Of a stretch of DNA of 64,000 bases, positions 12,920-25,813 are shown one piece after another. The number at the start of each line of letters is the position of its first letter. Position 1 is the first letter of the stretch. This stretch comes from Chrysomallon squamiferum (Eukaryota > Animalia > Mollusca), in NCBI GenBank assembly GCA_012295275.1, contig CM022671.1, positions 2,170,001-2,234,000 of the forward strand. Direction: 5' to 3'. Made by a program: the position numbers and the translations under genes. The notes below the pieces were generated by a model, which saw nothing but the letters and a program-made list of their open reading frames with translations, made no database searches and was not told where the DNA came from.

Positions 12920-14365
12920 CCTCATCCAGATGTATTAATCGTAATAGTTTGTTAAGTTCAAAGTGCCTTTCTGTAAGTGAAGTAGCCAGCATGTTCACCT
13001 TTAATACGTGAAATGTAGACAGAGCTCATTGAAAATGTGTATCAAGCCTGTGAGTATTCAGTAATTTTAATAACTACCTTCATTCTGTGTATTCACAATT
13101 ATCTCCCTTTAAAATTAATAAAAATATATTCGGTATAGTTTTGTAGTTTTGTCTGCTTTTACATTTAAATTTTGTTATTATTTGCTTGTGATCTTTAGTA
13201 TGCATCTACCCACAGACAAGAATGTATATAACTCACAATGATGATCTCACAGCTACAGTAATTGTTAAACGCCTAGCAAACAACTTTAATGTCTGCAACA
13301 ACAGCAACAAAAAAATTTAAGTTTTGTGTAAAAGTAAATAGAATAATAATTTAAAAAGAAAGAATGAAAAAGAATGAAAGAGGGAAAAAAGAACAATGCC
13401 TAACAAACAAACTAGTTAAATAGTAAGTAAAGATAGTATTAGAGAGTTCGAAAAGACACTATAGTTATCAAAAAGTTTATCACAGTTTAATAAATCTAAT
13501 ATATTACAAGAAATATCTGCAGGTAAAAAAAAACAAAAAAACAGTTATATTAAAGGAAATGGATAACGAAAATGCCTATTTTTATATAAACACTGAATAA
13601 TGATAATGAAAGAAACTTTGTTGATGACATTCCCTACTGTCAGTGGTTTCGTCTCCGGGAAAAAAAAAAAATTATAATAATATACAAATAAAATTAAAAT
13701 AATTTTAGCAAAGAGAAATATTTTTAATAATTGGCGAAAACCAGAATGCCTAAATTTTTTAACCCCCCTCATTTAACAACTGTTTTAATATGTGATCACG
13801 GATTGTTACTGACACTTTACTCTCTAATGATATTTATAAGTGGAAGTTAAAAGATAGTTATTGTGAAGGAACAGCCTTTTATTGTAACCATAAGAAAAAC
13901 AACAATACTAATAACAAAAATAACAATAATAATGATATATGTAATAATTGTGTTGGTAGTAGAAGTAGCAGCAGCAGTAGTAGTAGTAGTAGTAATAGTG
14001 GTAGTAGTGGTAGTAGTAGTAGTAATTTAATTTATACAAGTATTAATAGTAGTATTAATAGTAGTTAGTGTTAGTAGCTGTTGTGGTAGTAGCAGTAGTG
14101 ATAGTGATGGTAACAGCTGTATTATATATAGCTGCAATAATAACAGTGGTAACAGAGGTAATGGTTTAATAGCACAAGTATTTGTAATAACAGTAGAAGT
14201 AGTAGCTGAAATAGTAGTAATAATGGTATTAGTATTAGTAATAGAGTAGTGGTAGTTATAGTAGTAGTAGTACTAATTGTAGTAGCTGCAGAAATAAAAT
14301 TAATAATAAAGATTTGTATTTTTATGTTTTATTTATTTTATTATTATTTTATTGCAGAAACACAT

Positions 14366-14770
14366 CTAAATTAGAAACTGCTCCATTCCAAAACACTGTT
14401 CACATCTGCCACTGTCGTATCACTTTCGACATTTCTCAAAACTTTTTCCAAAGCACATATCTCTGAAATCTCCGGGTTTCCATTTTCCATGACAACTCTT
14501 ACTGCACCTGAATTTTGGGGAATCTCATGTTTATTTAAGTATTATTATTATTTTTTAAAATCTTTCTCAAAGGTATTTGTAAAAGTACAATAAATTATTA
14601 AAATATCCTTCATCATTGTTTCAAAATATAACTGGGTTTTTTTCTGGTATTTTGACATGTGTAACGTATCTGTTTTACCTGTTTAAAATACACACAGAAC
14701 AGCTATATCCAAAGTGATCATTTCTCCCTAGTTGACATGGGTTATTTTTAGACACACAAAGTGCACTTAT
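14366..14770 (-). pseudogene. Heavily decayed Cys-rich EGF-like exons (14770-14679 and 14507-~14366)
   Basis: ..NNPCQLGRNDHFGYSCSVCILNR / CSKSCHGKWKPGDFRDMCFGKSFEKCRK*YDSGRCEQC; AG/GT boundaries present. Confidence 0.5.
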
Positions 14771-15078
14771 CTGCAAAATCAATACAAAAGCTACATTATT
14801 ACATATATCAGTAGGTCCACATATTAATTTTATACTATTATTTATAATACAGTGTGTATGTGTGCATGTAAATTGTACAATATGATTATACTTATAGTCA
14901 CAAATAGTGTTGTTGTTTTGTTGTTGTTTCGGATATATATCATTATTATGATTATATGCCTACTTTTACTAAAAAATAAATTAAAAATCACTATAAACAG
15001 AATACAAAATTCATATTCATGATAGTTTCCTTTCACCTTTTTTGTTACTTTATCTGTATATATAATGTTATTTTATAC

Positions 15079-15363
15079 CTTTCCAGCTTCCGCATTTTCA
15101 TTTTTAAATTTTCACCAAATGGGATTTGTATCCAAAACAGTGACAAAAAGACTGCTTGTATTTATAATATAATAAACAGTTAATATTAATACTATATTGC
15201 ACATACAAGTGAATTATATATTGAAGCATATCGCTCATAATTAACAGTTATATCTGCTTAATGAAATGTAAACATAACTTCGTTTTTGTGCCTAGTTTAC
15301 TTACTACAAAATCACTTCTCCCAGAGGAACGGAACAAAAAGCTATCAACTGGCATCTTGTCAT
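15079..15363 (-). pseudogene. GTF2H3: GTF2H3 (TFIIH p34) 5' relic: exon 2 at ~15162-15079 with TGA at 15112-15114; candidate first exon ending at 15305 (GTAAGT donor)
   Basis: TSSLFVTVLDTNPIW*KFKNENAEAGK|GT matches the GTF2H3 N-terminus LNLLVIVVDANPIWWGK. Lies divergent from EIF2B1. Confidence 0.75.
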
Positions 15364-15505
15364 TTCTTAATCTACATGGGCAGCGTAACAATAACTAAAT
15401 AGGGGACATAACTCCCACCCTGATTCCTGACGAAATGCCACTAGATGTAATTTTATTTGGATTAAAAAAAAAAAAAGAAAAAAAGCGACTGAAACACTAT
15501 TGAAT
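15364..15505. promoter_or_regulatory. Putative bidirectional promoter between the GTF2H3 relic and the EIF2B1 pseudogene
   Basis: ~140 bp separate the divergent first exons. Confidence 0.45.
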
Positions 15506-16722
15506 ATGAATAGGAAAGGTATAGCATGCCTTTTAAACAATTTTTTTTTTTTAAAGTTTTTATTTCGATGTTACTGACATATAAAAAATATATAAAACAA
15601 AACCATAAACCCAAAAACTTTTAGAAGTGAAATATAATGAAGAAACGTAGTTACGTAGGGTTGTAGCTTATACTTTTGATAGGTTATAAATAATATAATA
15701 TATTAATATTTAATGAAGTCTTGTAAGTTGTAAAATTACAGAATCATAGAAATGCTTTTATTAAATTTTTTTTAATGCAGAAAAAAAACTAATAGTAACA
15801 GTAACACCGATATTGAATCTTCACTGTTCATCTGTTACTTCCTGTTCATTCTGTTGTCTCAGGAGTAGGCAGTGATGCCGCTGTATGACAGTGCCGTATA
15901 CACCGTATTGACCACAAATATTATAATACAGAATGTGGTCCTTAAATCTGTTTAATGTAATCAAATCATATAATCAGTTTATTACTAGTATTTGCACCAG
16001 ATACAGTTTAATGATTATGAAAAAAAAATCCATCAATAATATTTTTTTTTCAACAGTAATAGTCAGAATTGGCAGTTATAATTTTTTCTCTGTATTTTGT
16101 TGGAGGCTATGGTTTGTTTTGTTGTAATTCTCCAATACATTTTGTTTTTTCTATTAATTTCCTTAGTGCCACATACTGACATAGCATCATTAAGATATAA
16201 ATATCTTGCAGACTGAATGTACAGAATATAATTATGGGTTAATATCAGGGTTACATTACAGGTGAAAATAGATTATTGGCAAAGTTGTTATATTCATCTT
16301 ATTTCTTTTGAAAATTTTAAAACATTTTATTCTACATCATCTGTGCATGTCTTCCATGAATCTGAACAGGTACAGGTATATTTCCTTTTTAATATGTTTT
16401 CAGAAATAGGTGAAAATATCCAATAAAACGACCACTTGCAAATATACATATGACTTACCTATTTTAACAAACAACAACTACAATATTATTTCCTTTACAA
16501 CTGTATTTCAGATATACCAAGTTAATCAAAGATAACCCAAACGTGACATTAAAATTCTTCTCAAATTTACTGAAGTAAATAAAGGTAATTTTTTTCAATA
16601 AACAAAGAGGCACCTGTAGGCAAAACAATTTTTGCTTGCCTTGTCACACATTCAGTTTGGTACTTTAATAATACTAGAGCAAACAAAAGTACCTGTAACA
16701 ACATTTATTATTATTATTATGA

Positions 16723-16769
<47 letters not shown>

Positions 16770-17365
16770 CAGTTCAGACATTAGCTGAGATGAGAGCTCG
16801 ACTGAAGGATGCTAAAAATACCCTGAGTCAAACAGAAAGCAGTGTCACATCAATTTCATCTGGATGTGAACTGTTCTTAAGATTTATCACACTGGCAAAT
16901 CTTAGCATTCAGTAAGTATTGATTCTATTAAACAAACCTTCCAGTAAGATCTACACATTAAGGAGCAAGTCTGAAACTTTAATTTCAGAGGCTAAAATAA
17001 TATATTATTATTTTCTGATTCACTGACTGATCTGAATGAGCTATGTAGATATATGATACTTTTGGATCTGTTTATGAAATAAAAAGAAATATTTTCAGTG
17101 AAAGATGTTGCTGGTAATATCTTACTGTTGATTTTCCCATATTGCATCCTTAGTTTCCCATTAAAAGTTCAACCCTGTATTCCACAAGTAATTTATCAAA
17201 GGTACATATTTTACTCTCTGTGAGAAGTAACATTTAAAAGAGTTTTGGTGCAGAGACTTTTAGTTAAGTGTTGATAAGTACAGTTAAGAAGTAGAATCAT
17301 GTTTATTATTTCTGAAAAGTTTATCAGAATCAGCTCAATTTATTTTTGGCATAGTGGAATGAATA

Positions 17366-17641
17366 CAGGTTGAAGATTCCTTATCTGAAATGTTTCGGAA
17401 TGGATGTGTTTTGGATATTTGAATTTTTCAGATTTTGGAATATATGATATATAGAATAAGATCTAAGTATAATCATGAAATCTACTGATATGTAATACAC
17501 AGCTAATACAAATAGTTGGCAGATATTTTAATATTTAATCCTTATAATTTGTGCATGCTTAATCATGCAAAATTATAATGTATCACTGTCTAAAAGCCTC
17601 AGAAAACATTTATGTTTTGGATAAGAGATCTGCAATCTTTG
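17366..17641. mobile_element. Tigger/pogo-type MITE (resembles Tigger4/Zombi ends) in EIF2B1 intron 3
   Basis: TA|CAGGTTGAAGATTCCTTATCTGAAA pairs imperfectly with TTTTGGATAAGAGATCTGCAATCTTTG. Confidence 0.6.
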
Positions 17642-20600
17642 TTAGGTTTATCATACAGTAACCATTAATATTTAAATGTGCCTCTGTTTTATCTATGTTC
17701 TGATGAAAGAAGACATAATGAAACTGATCCATTAATTTTGAAATTACTAATTTTGTTCTTGTTTACTGTAAGTTAACTGTAAAATACAGTTATTTGTTAT
17801 GCCATTTAACAAGTTTTTATAGTTGTCAGATAATGTATAGCATAATTACACACAAAGACGCATACACACACACACTCACACATACTAATTTGTAGTTATT
17901 TATTTAATTACAGTGATTTCTGTTTTATAGGATTTTCAAGAATGTCAAGAAATTCTGGTACAGTGAGGGAATTTATTTCTTCAAAAAGTTGCAAGTTCCT
18001 GTCAGAAGATTGCCAGATTAGCTCATCCATTTATTATAGATGGAGCAGTAAGTTATCTCCCCCTTCCCTGTAATCATAAATTATATTCAGGCCTTAAATA
18101 TCAATATAAATGTAATTCATACTTAAATTTAAAAGTTCTAATATCCAAAATCCCTTTTAACTACATACAAAGACACAATTACAATTGATAATATAGTGTC
18201 CATGAATTTATTTAATGGAAAATTGTCTGTACTAACCAGATGTAAATTATTCAAGTATCCTTCTACACCAGCAATCTTTTAAAAATAATCTTCACACACA
18301 AACACACACATACACACACTGTTGTAAATTACTGTATTTATTACAACTGCTACCACTTTAAAGTATTATTATCATAGTATTTTCAGAATTATAATTATTA
18401 ATAATGTTCTATTATTATTATAATTATTATAATTATTATAATTTTTTGTAGACGGTATTAAGACATTCACGATCAAGAGTTGTACTTCAAATATTAAAGG
18501 AGGCTGTAGAAGCCAAGAAAAGATTTAAAGTCTATGTCACAGAATCTCTTCCTGACAAATCAGGGAAAAAAAAAATTAAAACCAACATTCATCTGTTTAA
18601 TATTATCTTTTATTTATAGCATTAAGTAAATTTATAGTCATCTTACTCAAAATATTTTTTTTTTCATGGATTATAATTTTATTTTTTTTTTTTAAATATA
18701 TTCTCAAATATATTTACACTACCTGTTTCATAGAACATTCTCAAAAGGTTCTCATTATGTCTGTTTTCTAAAAGAGCAAAAATCTGGAAATGTATGTATG
18801 ATTATGTGCAAAAAAAAACAATGAAAAAACAACAAAAACCACATGACATAAAATAAATTTTAGAAGGATTAAATATTCACATAGTAAATAAAAACAAGTG
18901 AAAAGAATTGTTCAGTTTAAATGAAATATAGCTGGTCTATGTATGTTTTCTTCAGGTGTGAGAAGTATAAAAAGTTAACTGCTCTTGGTATTCTCACAAC
19001 TGTTTTTTGTTTTTTTCTTAGATTTTGCAATAGTGTAAATGGATTTCAGAAATTAAAATACTTAATCATTTCTAATAATCATTATTTCCTTACTTAAAAA
19101 AATACCCACCTTTTTATCTCCCTCCCCATCTCTGTCTGTTTATCTGGCTCTCTATTTCTGTGTATATGGCTATATTAAATTTTCATAATCATAATGGCAA
19201 TCTCTTTAATCAGTTCTGGGCTTTAAAATTTATTTTTATTTTTCCGTTTACCTTTTTGTCTTTTTCTTATGAATATATATGTGTTTAAATGATTGTGAAT
19301 TCTTGTATCAGTTATTTCAAATATAGTCTTGTACAATCTAGCTTCAGATATTTTAATATTTAATCCTTATAATTTGTGCATGCTTAATCATGCAAAATTA
19401 TAATGTATCACTGTCTAAAAGCCTCAGAAAACATTTATGTTTTGGATAAGAGATCTGCAATCTTTGTTAGGTTTATCATACAGTAACCATTAATATTTAA
19501 ATGTGCCTCTGTTTTATCTATGTTCTGATGAAAGAAGACATAATGAAACTGATCCATTAATTTTGAAATTACTAATTTTGTTCTTGTTTACTGTAAGTTA
19601 ACTGTAAAATACAGTTATTTGTTATGCCATTTAACAAGTTTTTATAGTTGTCAGATAATGTATAGCATAATTACACACAAAGACGCATACACACACACAC
19701 TCACACATACTAATTTGTAGTTATTTATTTAATTACAGTGATTTCTGTTTTATAGGATTTTCAAGAATGTCAAGAAATTCTGGTACAGTGAGGGAATTTA
19801 TTTCTTCAAAAAGTTGCAAGTTCCTGTCAGAAGATTGCCAGATTAGCTCATCCATTTATTATAGATGGAGCAGTAAGTTATCTCCCCCTTCCCTGTAATC
19901 ATAAATTATATTCAGGCCTTAAATATCAATATAAATGTAATTCATACTTAAATTTAAAAGTTCTAATATCCAAAATCCCTTTTAACTACATACAAAGACA
20001 CAATTACAATTGATAATATAGTGTCCATGAATTTATTTAATGGAAAATTGTCTGTACTAACCAGATGTAAATTATTCAAGTATCCTTCTACACCAGCAAT
20101 CTTTTAAAAATAATCTTCACACACAAACACACACATACACACACTGTTGTAAATTACTGTATTTATTACAACTGCTACCACTTTAAAGTATTATTATCAT
20201 AGTATTTTCAGAATTATAATTATTAATAATGTTCTATTATAATTACCCTTTTGTAGACGGTATTAAGACATTCACGATCAAGAGTTGTACTTCAAATATT
20301 AAAGGAGGCTGTAGAAGCCAAGAAAAGATTTAAAGTCTATGTCACAGAATCTCTTCCTGACAAATCAGGGTGAAAAAAAATTAAAACCAACATTCGTCTG
20401 TTTAATATTATCTTTTATTTATAGCATTAAGTAAATTTATAGTCATCTTACTCAAAATATTTTCTTTTTTCATGGATTATAATTTTATTTTATTTTTTTA
20501 AATATATTCTCAAATATATTTACACTACCTGTTTCATAGAACATTCTCAAAAAGGTTCTCATTATGTCTTTCTGTAGAGCAAAAATCTGGAAATGTATGT

Positions 20601-22980
20601 ATGATTATGTGCAAAGAAAAAAACAATGAAAAAAACAACAAAAACCACATGACATAAAATAAATTTTAGAAGGATTAAATATTCACATAGTAAATAAAAA
20701 CAAGTGAAAAGAATTGTTCAGTTTAAATGAAATATAGCTGGTCTATGTATGTTTTCTTCAGGTGTGAGAAGTATAAAAAGTTAACTGCTCTTGGTATTCT
20801 CACAACTGTTTTTTGTTTTTTTCTTAGATTTTGCAATAGTGTAAATGGATTTCAGAAATTAAAATACTTAATCATTTCTAATAATCATTATTTCCTTACT
20901 TAAAAAAATACCCACCTTTTTATCTCCCTCCCCATCTCTGTCTGTTTATCTGGCTCTCTATTTCTGTGTATATGGCTATATTAAATTTTCATAATCATAA
21001 TGGCAATCTCTTTAATCAGTTCTGGGCTTTAAAATTTATTTTTATTTTTCCGTTTACCTTTTTGTCTTTTTCTTATGAAATATATATGTGTTTAAATGAT
21101 TGTGAATTCTTGTATCAGTTATTTCAAATATAGTCTTGTACAATCTAGCTTCAGATATTTTAATATTTAATCCTTATAATTTGTGCATGCTTAATGATGC
21201 AAAATTATAATGTATCACTGTCTAAAAGCCTCAGAAAACATTTATGTTTTGGATAAGAGATCTGCAATCTTTGTTAGGTTTATCATACAGTAACCATTAA
21301 TATTTAAATGTGCCTCTGTTTTATCTATGTTCTGATGAAAGAAGACATAATGAAACTGATCCATTAATTTTGAAATTACTAATTTTGTTCTTGTTTACTG
21401 TAAGTTAACTGTAAAATACAGTTATTGTTGTTATGCCATTTAACAAGTTTTTATAGTTGTCAGATAATGTATAGCATAATTACACACAAAGACGCATACA
21501 CACACACACTCACACATACTAATTTGTAGTTATTTATTTAATTACAGTGATTTCTGTTTTATAGGATTTTCAAGAATGTCAAGAAATTCTGGTACAGTGA
21601 GGGAATTTATTTCTTCAAAAAGTTGCAAGTTCCTGTCAGAAGATTGCCAGATTAGCTCATCCATTTATTATAGATGGAGCAGTAAGTTATCTCCCCTTCC
21701 CTGTAATCATAAATTATATTCAGGCCTTAAATATCAATATAAATGTAATTCATACTTAAATTTAAAAGTTCTAATATCCAAAATCCCTTTTAACTACATA
21801 CAAAGACACAATTACAATTGATAATATAGTGTCCATGAATTTATTTAATGGAAAATTGTCTGTACTAACCAGATGTAAATTATTCAAGTATCCTTCTACA
21901 CCAGCAATCTTTTAAAAATAATCTTCACACACAAACACACACATACACACACTGTTGTAAATTACTGTATTTATTACAACTGCTACCACTTTAAAGTATT
22001 ATTATCATAGTATTTTCAGAATTATAATTATTAATAATGTTCTATTATAATTACCCTTTTGTAGACGGTATTAAGACATTCACGATCAAGAGTTGTACTT
22101 CAAATATTAAAGGAGGTTGTAGAAGCCAAGAAAAGATTTAAAGTCTATGTCACAGAATCTCTTCCTGACAAATCAGGGTGAAAAAAATTAAAACCAACAT
22201 TCGTCTGTTTAATATTATCTTTTATTTATAGCATTAAGTAAATTTATAGTCATCTTACTCAAAATATTTTCTTTTTTCATGGATTATAATTTTATTTTAT
22301 TTTTTTAAATATATTCTCAAATATATTTACACTACCTGTTTCATAGAACATTCTCAAAAAGGTTCTCATTATGTCTTTCTGTTTAAAAATAAAATAGAGC
22401 AAAAATCTGGAAATGTATGTATGATTATGTGCAAAGAAAAAAACAATGAAAAAAACAACAAAAACCACATGACATAAAATAAATTTTAGAAGGATTAAAT
22501 ATTCACATAGTAAATAAAAACAAGTGAAAAGAATTGTTCAGTTTAAATGAAATATAGCTGGTCTATGTATGTTTTCTTCAGGTGTGAGAAGTATAAAAAG
22601 TTAACTGCTCTTGGTATTCTCACAACTGTTTTTTGTTTTTTTCTTAGATTTTGCAATAGTGTAAATGGATTTCAGAAATTAAAATACTTAATCATTTCTA
22701 ATAATCATTATTTCCTTACTTAAAAAAATACCCACCTTTTTATCTCCCTCCCCATCTCTGTCTGTTTATCTGGCTCTCTATTTCTGTGTATATGGCTATA
22801 TTAAATTTTCATAATCATAATGGCAATCTCTTTAATCAGTTCTGGGCTTTAAAATTTATTTTTATTTTTCCGTTTACCTTTTTGTCTTTTTCTTATGAAT
22901 ATATATGTGTTTAAATGATTGTGAATTCTTGTATCAGTTATTTCAAATATAGTCTTGTACAATCTAGCTTCAGATATTTT
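17520..22980 (+). repeat. Tandem triplication, units 17520-19344, 19345-21151, 21152-22970
   Basis: Near-identical ~1.8 kb units; exon 4 starts at 17931, 19756 and 21565. CAGATATTTT occurs at every junction. Confidence 0.95.
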
Positions 22981-25338
22981 TTTTTATGCTTATTTAGGTA
23001 TGTAATGGAAAAAGTGGACCTTGTTTTGGTAGGTGCAGAAAGAGAAGAAATTAGAGGAATTATAAATAAGGTATCTAGTTAACATTAAATGTTGATCATA
23101 ATGATATAATAATAATAATAATGTTGAAGAAGATGATGATGATGATGGTATTAGTCAAATTAATAAAAATCAGTTCTGGCTATCAAGAAAAGATAACAAT
23201 AAACTAACAGGTTTATGAAGATGTAACAGGACTGAGATTTACATAAATAGAAATATGTTAAAAATCTGATTGCCTGAGTAAATTCTTGCAAAATAGAAAG
23301 GGGAGGGTTTTGGTGGGGTCTTTTTCTGCCCAATAACTGTGTTAATAGAGGGAGAAAAGGAAAATGTTCATGTGTGGAAGGTTATTATTTTATTATAATA
23401 ATGTATTATTAATACAGACTTGTGACAAGAAACAAATCAAATATTCATGTAGGAGTGTGAAAAATAGTTATCAGCATTTGTTTATATCATGTGAGGTACA
23501 CTTTAATGCTTCTGTTATTGTTTCTGTACAGATTGAAACATACACAATGGCCATATCAGCTAAAGCTATGAATAAACCAGTGTACATAGTAGCTGACAGT
23601 TTTAAGTTTGTTTGACTCTATCCTCTGAATTGGCAGGATATTCCAAATCAGTTTAAGGTAATATGAAATAGATTCATATTTTTATCACTTTTTAAAATAA
23701 TTTATTTTCCTTTTTTCTTTTTTAAAGATATTTTGGATTTGTTTATTTGGTTTAATTTTTTTTTTTTTTTTACCCTATTTTCCCCCTTTTATTCATTTTA
23801 ATTAAATATTTCTATAATCTATCTATATCTGTCTGATTTATCTACATTTCAGTATTTTATTTATTTTTGTTTTGCTAGAATTTTCATATTATATTTCAAA
23901 TTATTTGCTTTACAACAATGGCATCATTTTCACCAATGTTATTTATTTGCTACAATTTAATAATAAAAATATAATTCTTATTTTTGTTAAATTACTAAGA
24001 CTACACAGTTATGTGAAAAAAAAAGAAAATTGTAAAATATTTTATTATTTTATTAATGTTTTTGTTGATGTTATTGCTGTGTTCCAGTATCAAGCATCTG
24101 TACTGAAATCTTGTCAAGATTTAACTAAGGAGCATCCAATGGTTGATTATACACCACCTGCGTATCTCACTCTCCTTTTTACAGACCTTGGTGTAATGAC
24201 TCCATCAGCTGTCAGTGATGAATTAATAAAGTTATACCTTTAATCTGAATGTGAAATCAATGAGAATGTCCCTGAGAATAAATAAGGTATTTGATTATTC
24301 ACATTTTGGTATCTCATCTTTCTGGGTATTTTTTTTATATTGTGGGTTTTTTTTGCTCTGAAATGTATAAACAGAGTCTGCATCTCAACGAAACAGAAGG
24401 AAAAATATTATGAAATGCATGTGTAAAACATGCAAATGATGCAATTTGATAAAAAGTAAGTAATGTATACCCATCAGATCTTTGGTATTGCCTCTTGTTT
24501 GCATGTGAATGAAAGAATGTTTTGACAATTAAAACTAATCAACAGTGACATTGACTGTGGACTTGAGAGTTCATTTCTGGGTTGCTTTGACCCAGTTTCA
24601 TTAATATCAAGTGTGATCTTACATCTAGCTAAAATAATGGGCATTCAGAAAATAATGCTGAAAATATCGTTTGAGTCTTAAATTGTTTTAATATATATTG
24701 ATATATTTTTGGTAATGGGTTTGACTTTAAGACAGATAATGAAATGATGTTCTGATGTTGACAGGAAAAAAATGGAATTAGCTTTACTAGTCAAGATGAT
24801 TTTTGGTATGGAAGATTGTCATCTGTCCTAAAATGCCCAGTTTTCTTAAGGGGGATGGTAAAGTGTAAATTCTCCTAATGTTTTGTACATCTAAACACCA
24901 TTGAAATGATTGACAGATTAAATACATAGTCATTGTTATGGTTGTAGAGCAAGTTCAGTTTTCCATATATTAAATGTGTGTGCAAGATTTAAACCAGATT
25001 GAAATCAAAACAAAAAACACACAAAAAAAAGGGAAAACTACAAACAACATGTTTAGCAATCTCGTCCTACCTGAGACATGCTTCCAACATCCAGATTTTT
25101 TATTGTTTATTCTTTTAAAAAAACAAACAAAACCCTTAAATAAAAAGTTAAAATTGAATGTTTGAGATGACTGCATTTGAGTCTCATACTTTCCTATCAT
25201 TCGCTCGATATGAATAATTTTGTGGTTGCTTTGTTTTTTTTGTTTTCTTTTCTTCCTGTTGATCTCTATTTTGCATACAAAATAATAAAATAAAAACCTC
25301 TTCATTACTTGTAAAATTTAATAAGTCCTTTCTATTCA

Positions 25339-25386
<48 letters not shown>

Positions 25387-25813
25387 AATATGGTGTAATT
25401 TAGAAAATTTATCATAAAAAACTGTGATATAATGTAAAATTGCCTATGTGAGTAATGCATTAAATGGTTTCACCACACAATGCCTTTTTCCACGAAGTTA
25501 GTATTTGTATATACTGTTCAGTAACTGCTCTTGTGAACATTATAATAATTGCTATTAACAGACATAGGTAATGTATTCAGTAAGCTAGTTCTGTGATAAG
25601 ATATGAGATCTACGTTTACATGTTTAATCGTATGTGAAGGACATACGGGTTTTCGAAAATATATTGTCCGAGAAATAACCTAATTCGCGGAAATATTTAC
25701 TGTCTTGTTTCGAAAGTCAAGTTACGAGTATGAGTTAGAATTTAGAAACCAAAATTCAATGTATAGGTTTCTTTTTCTTTTCGATTTTGACAACGAGATT
25801 TTTTATTATAGCA

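Larger units (their letters stand above)
15506..24243 (+). pseudogene. EIF2B1: Unprocessed eIF2B-alpha pseudogene; exons 15506-15518, 16512-16584, 16773-16911, [17931-18047, 18452-18564, 18956-19034] x3, 22998-23070, 23532-23657, 24088-24243
   Basis: Recognisable motifs SSGCELFLRFI, FIIDGA|[81 protein letters not shown]. Lesions: TGA at 17964 and 23613, deletions in exon 2, a frameshift at the end of exon 3, a T-rich insertion in exon 6, and GVVENGG decayed to REEIRG. Confidence 0.95.

Noticed and set aside
15436-15452. CTCF-like GCCACTAGATGT in the bidirectional promoter
   Set aside because: Lacks the GGC 3' core; a single partial match is too weak.
23872-24243. 123-aa ORF as a functional eIF2B-alpha
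   Set aside because: Only 24088-24243 is exon; the rest is intron, and upstream exons are disabled.
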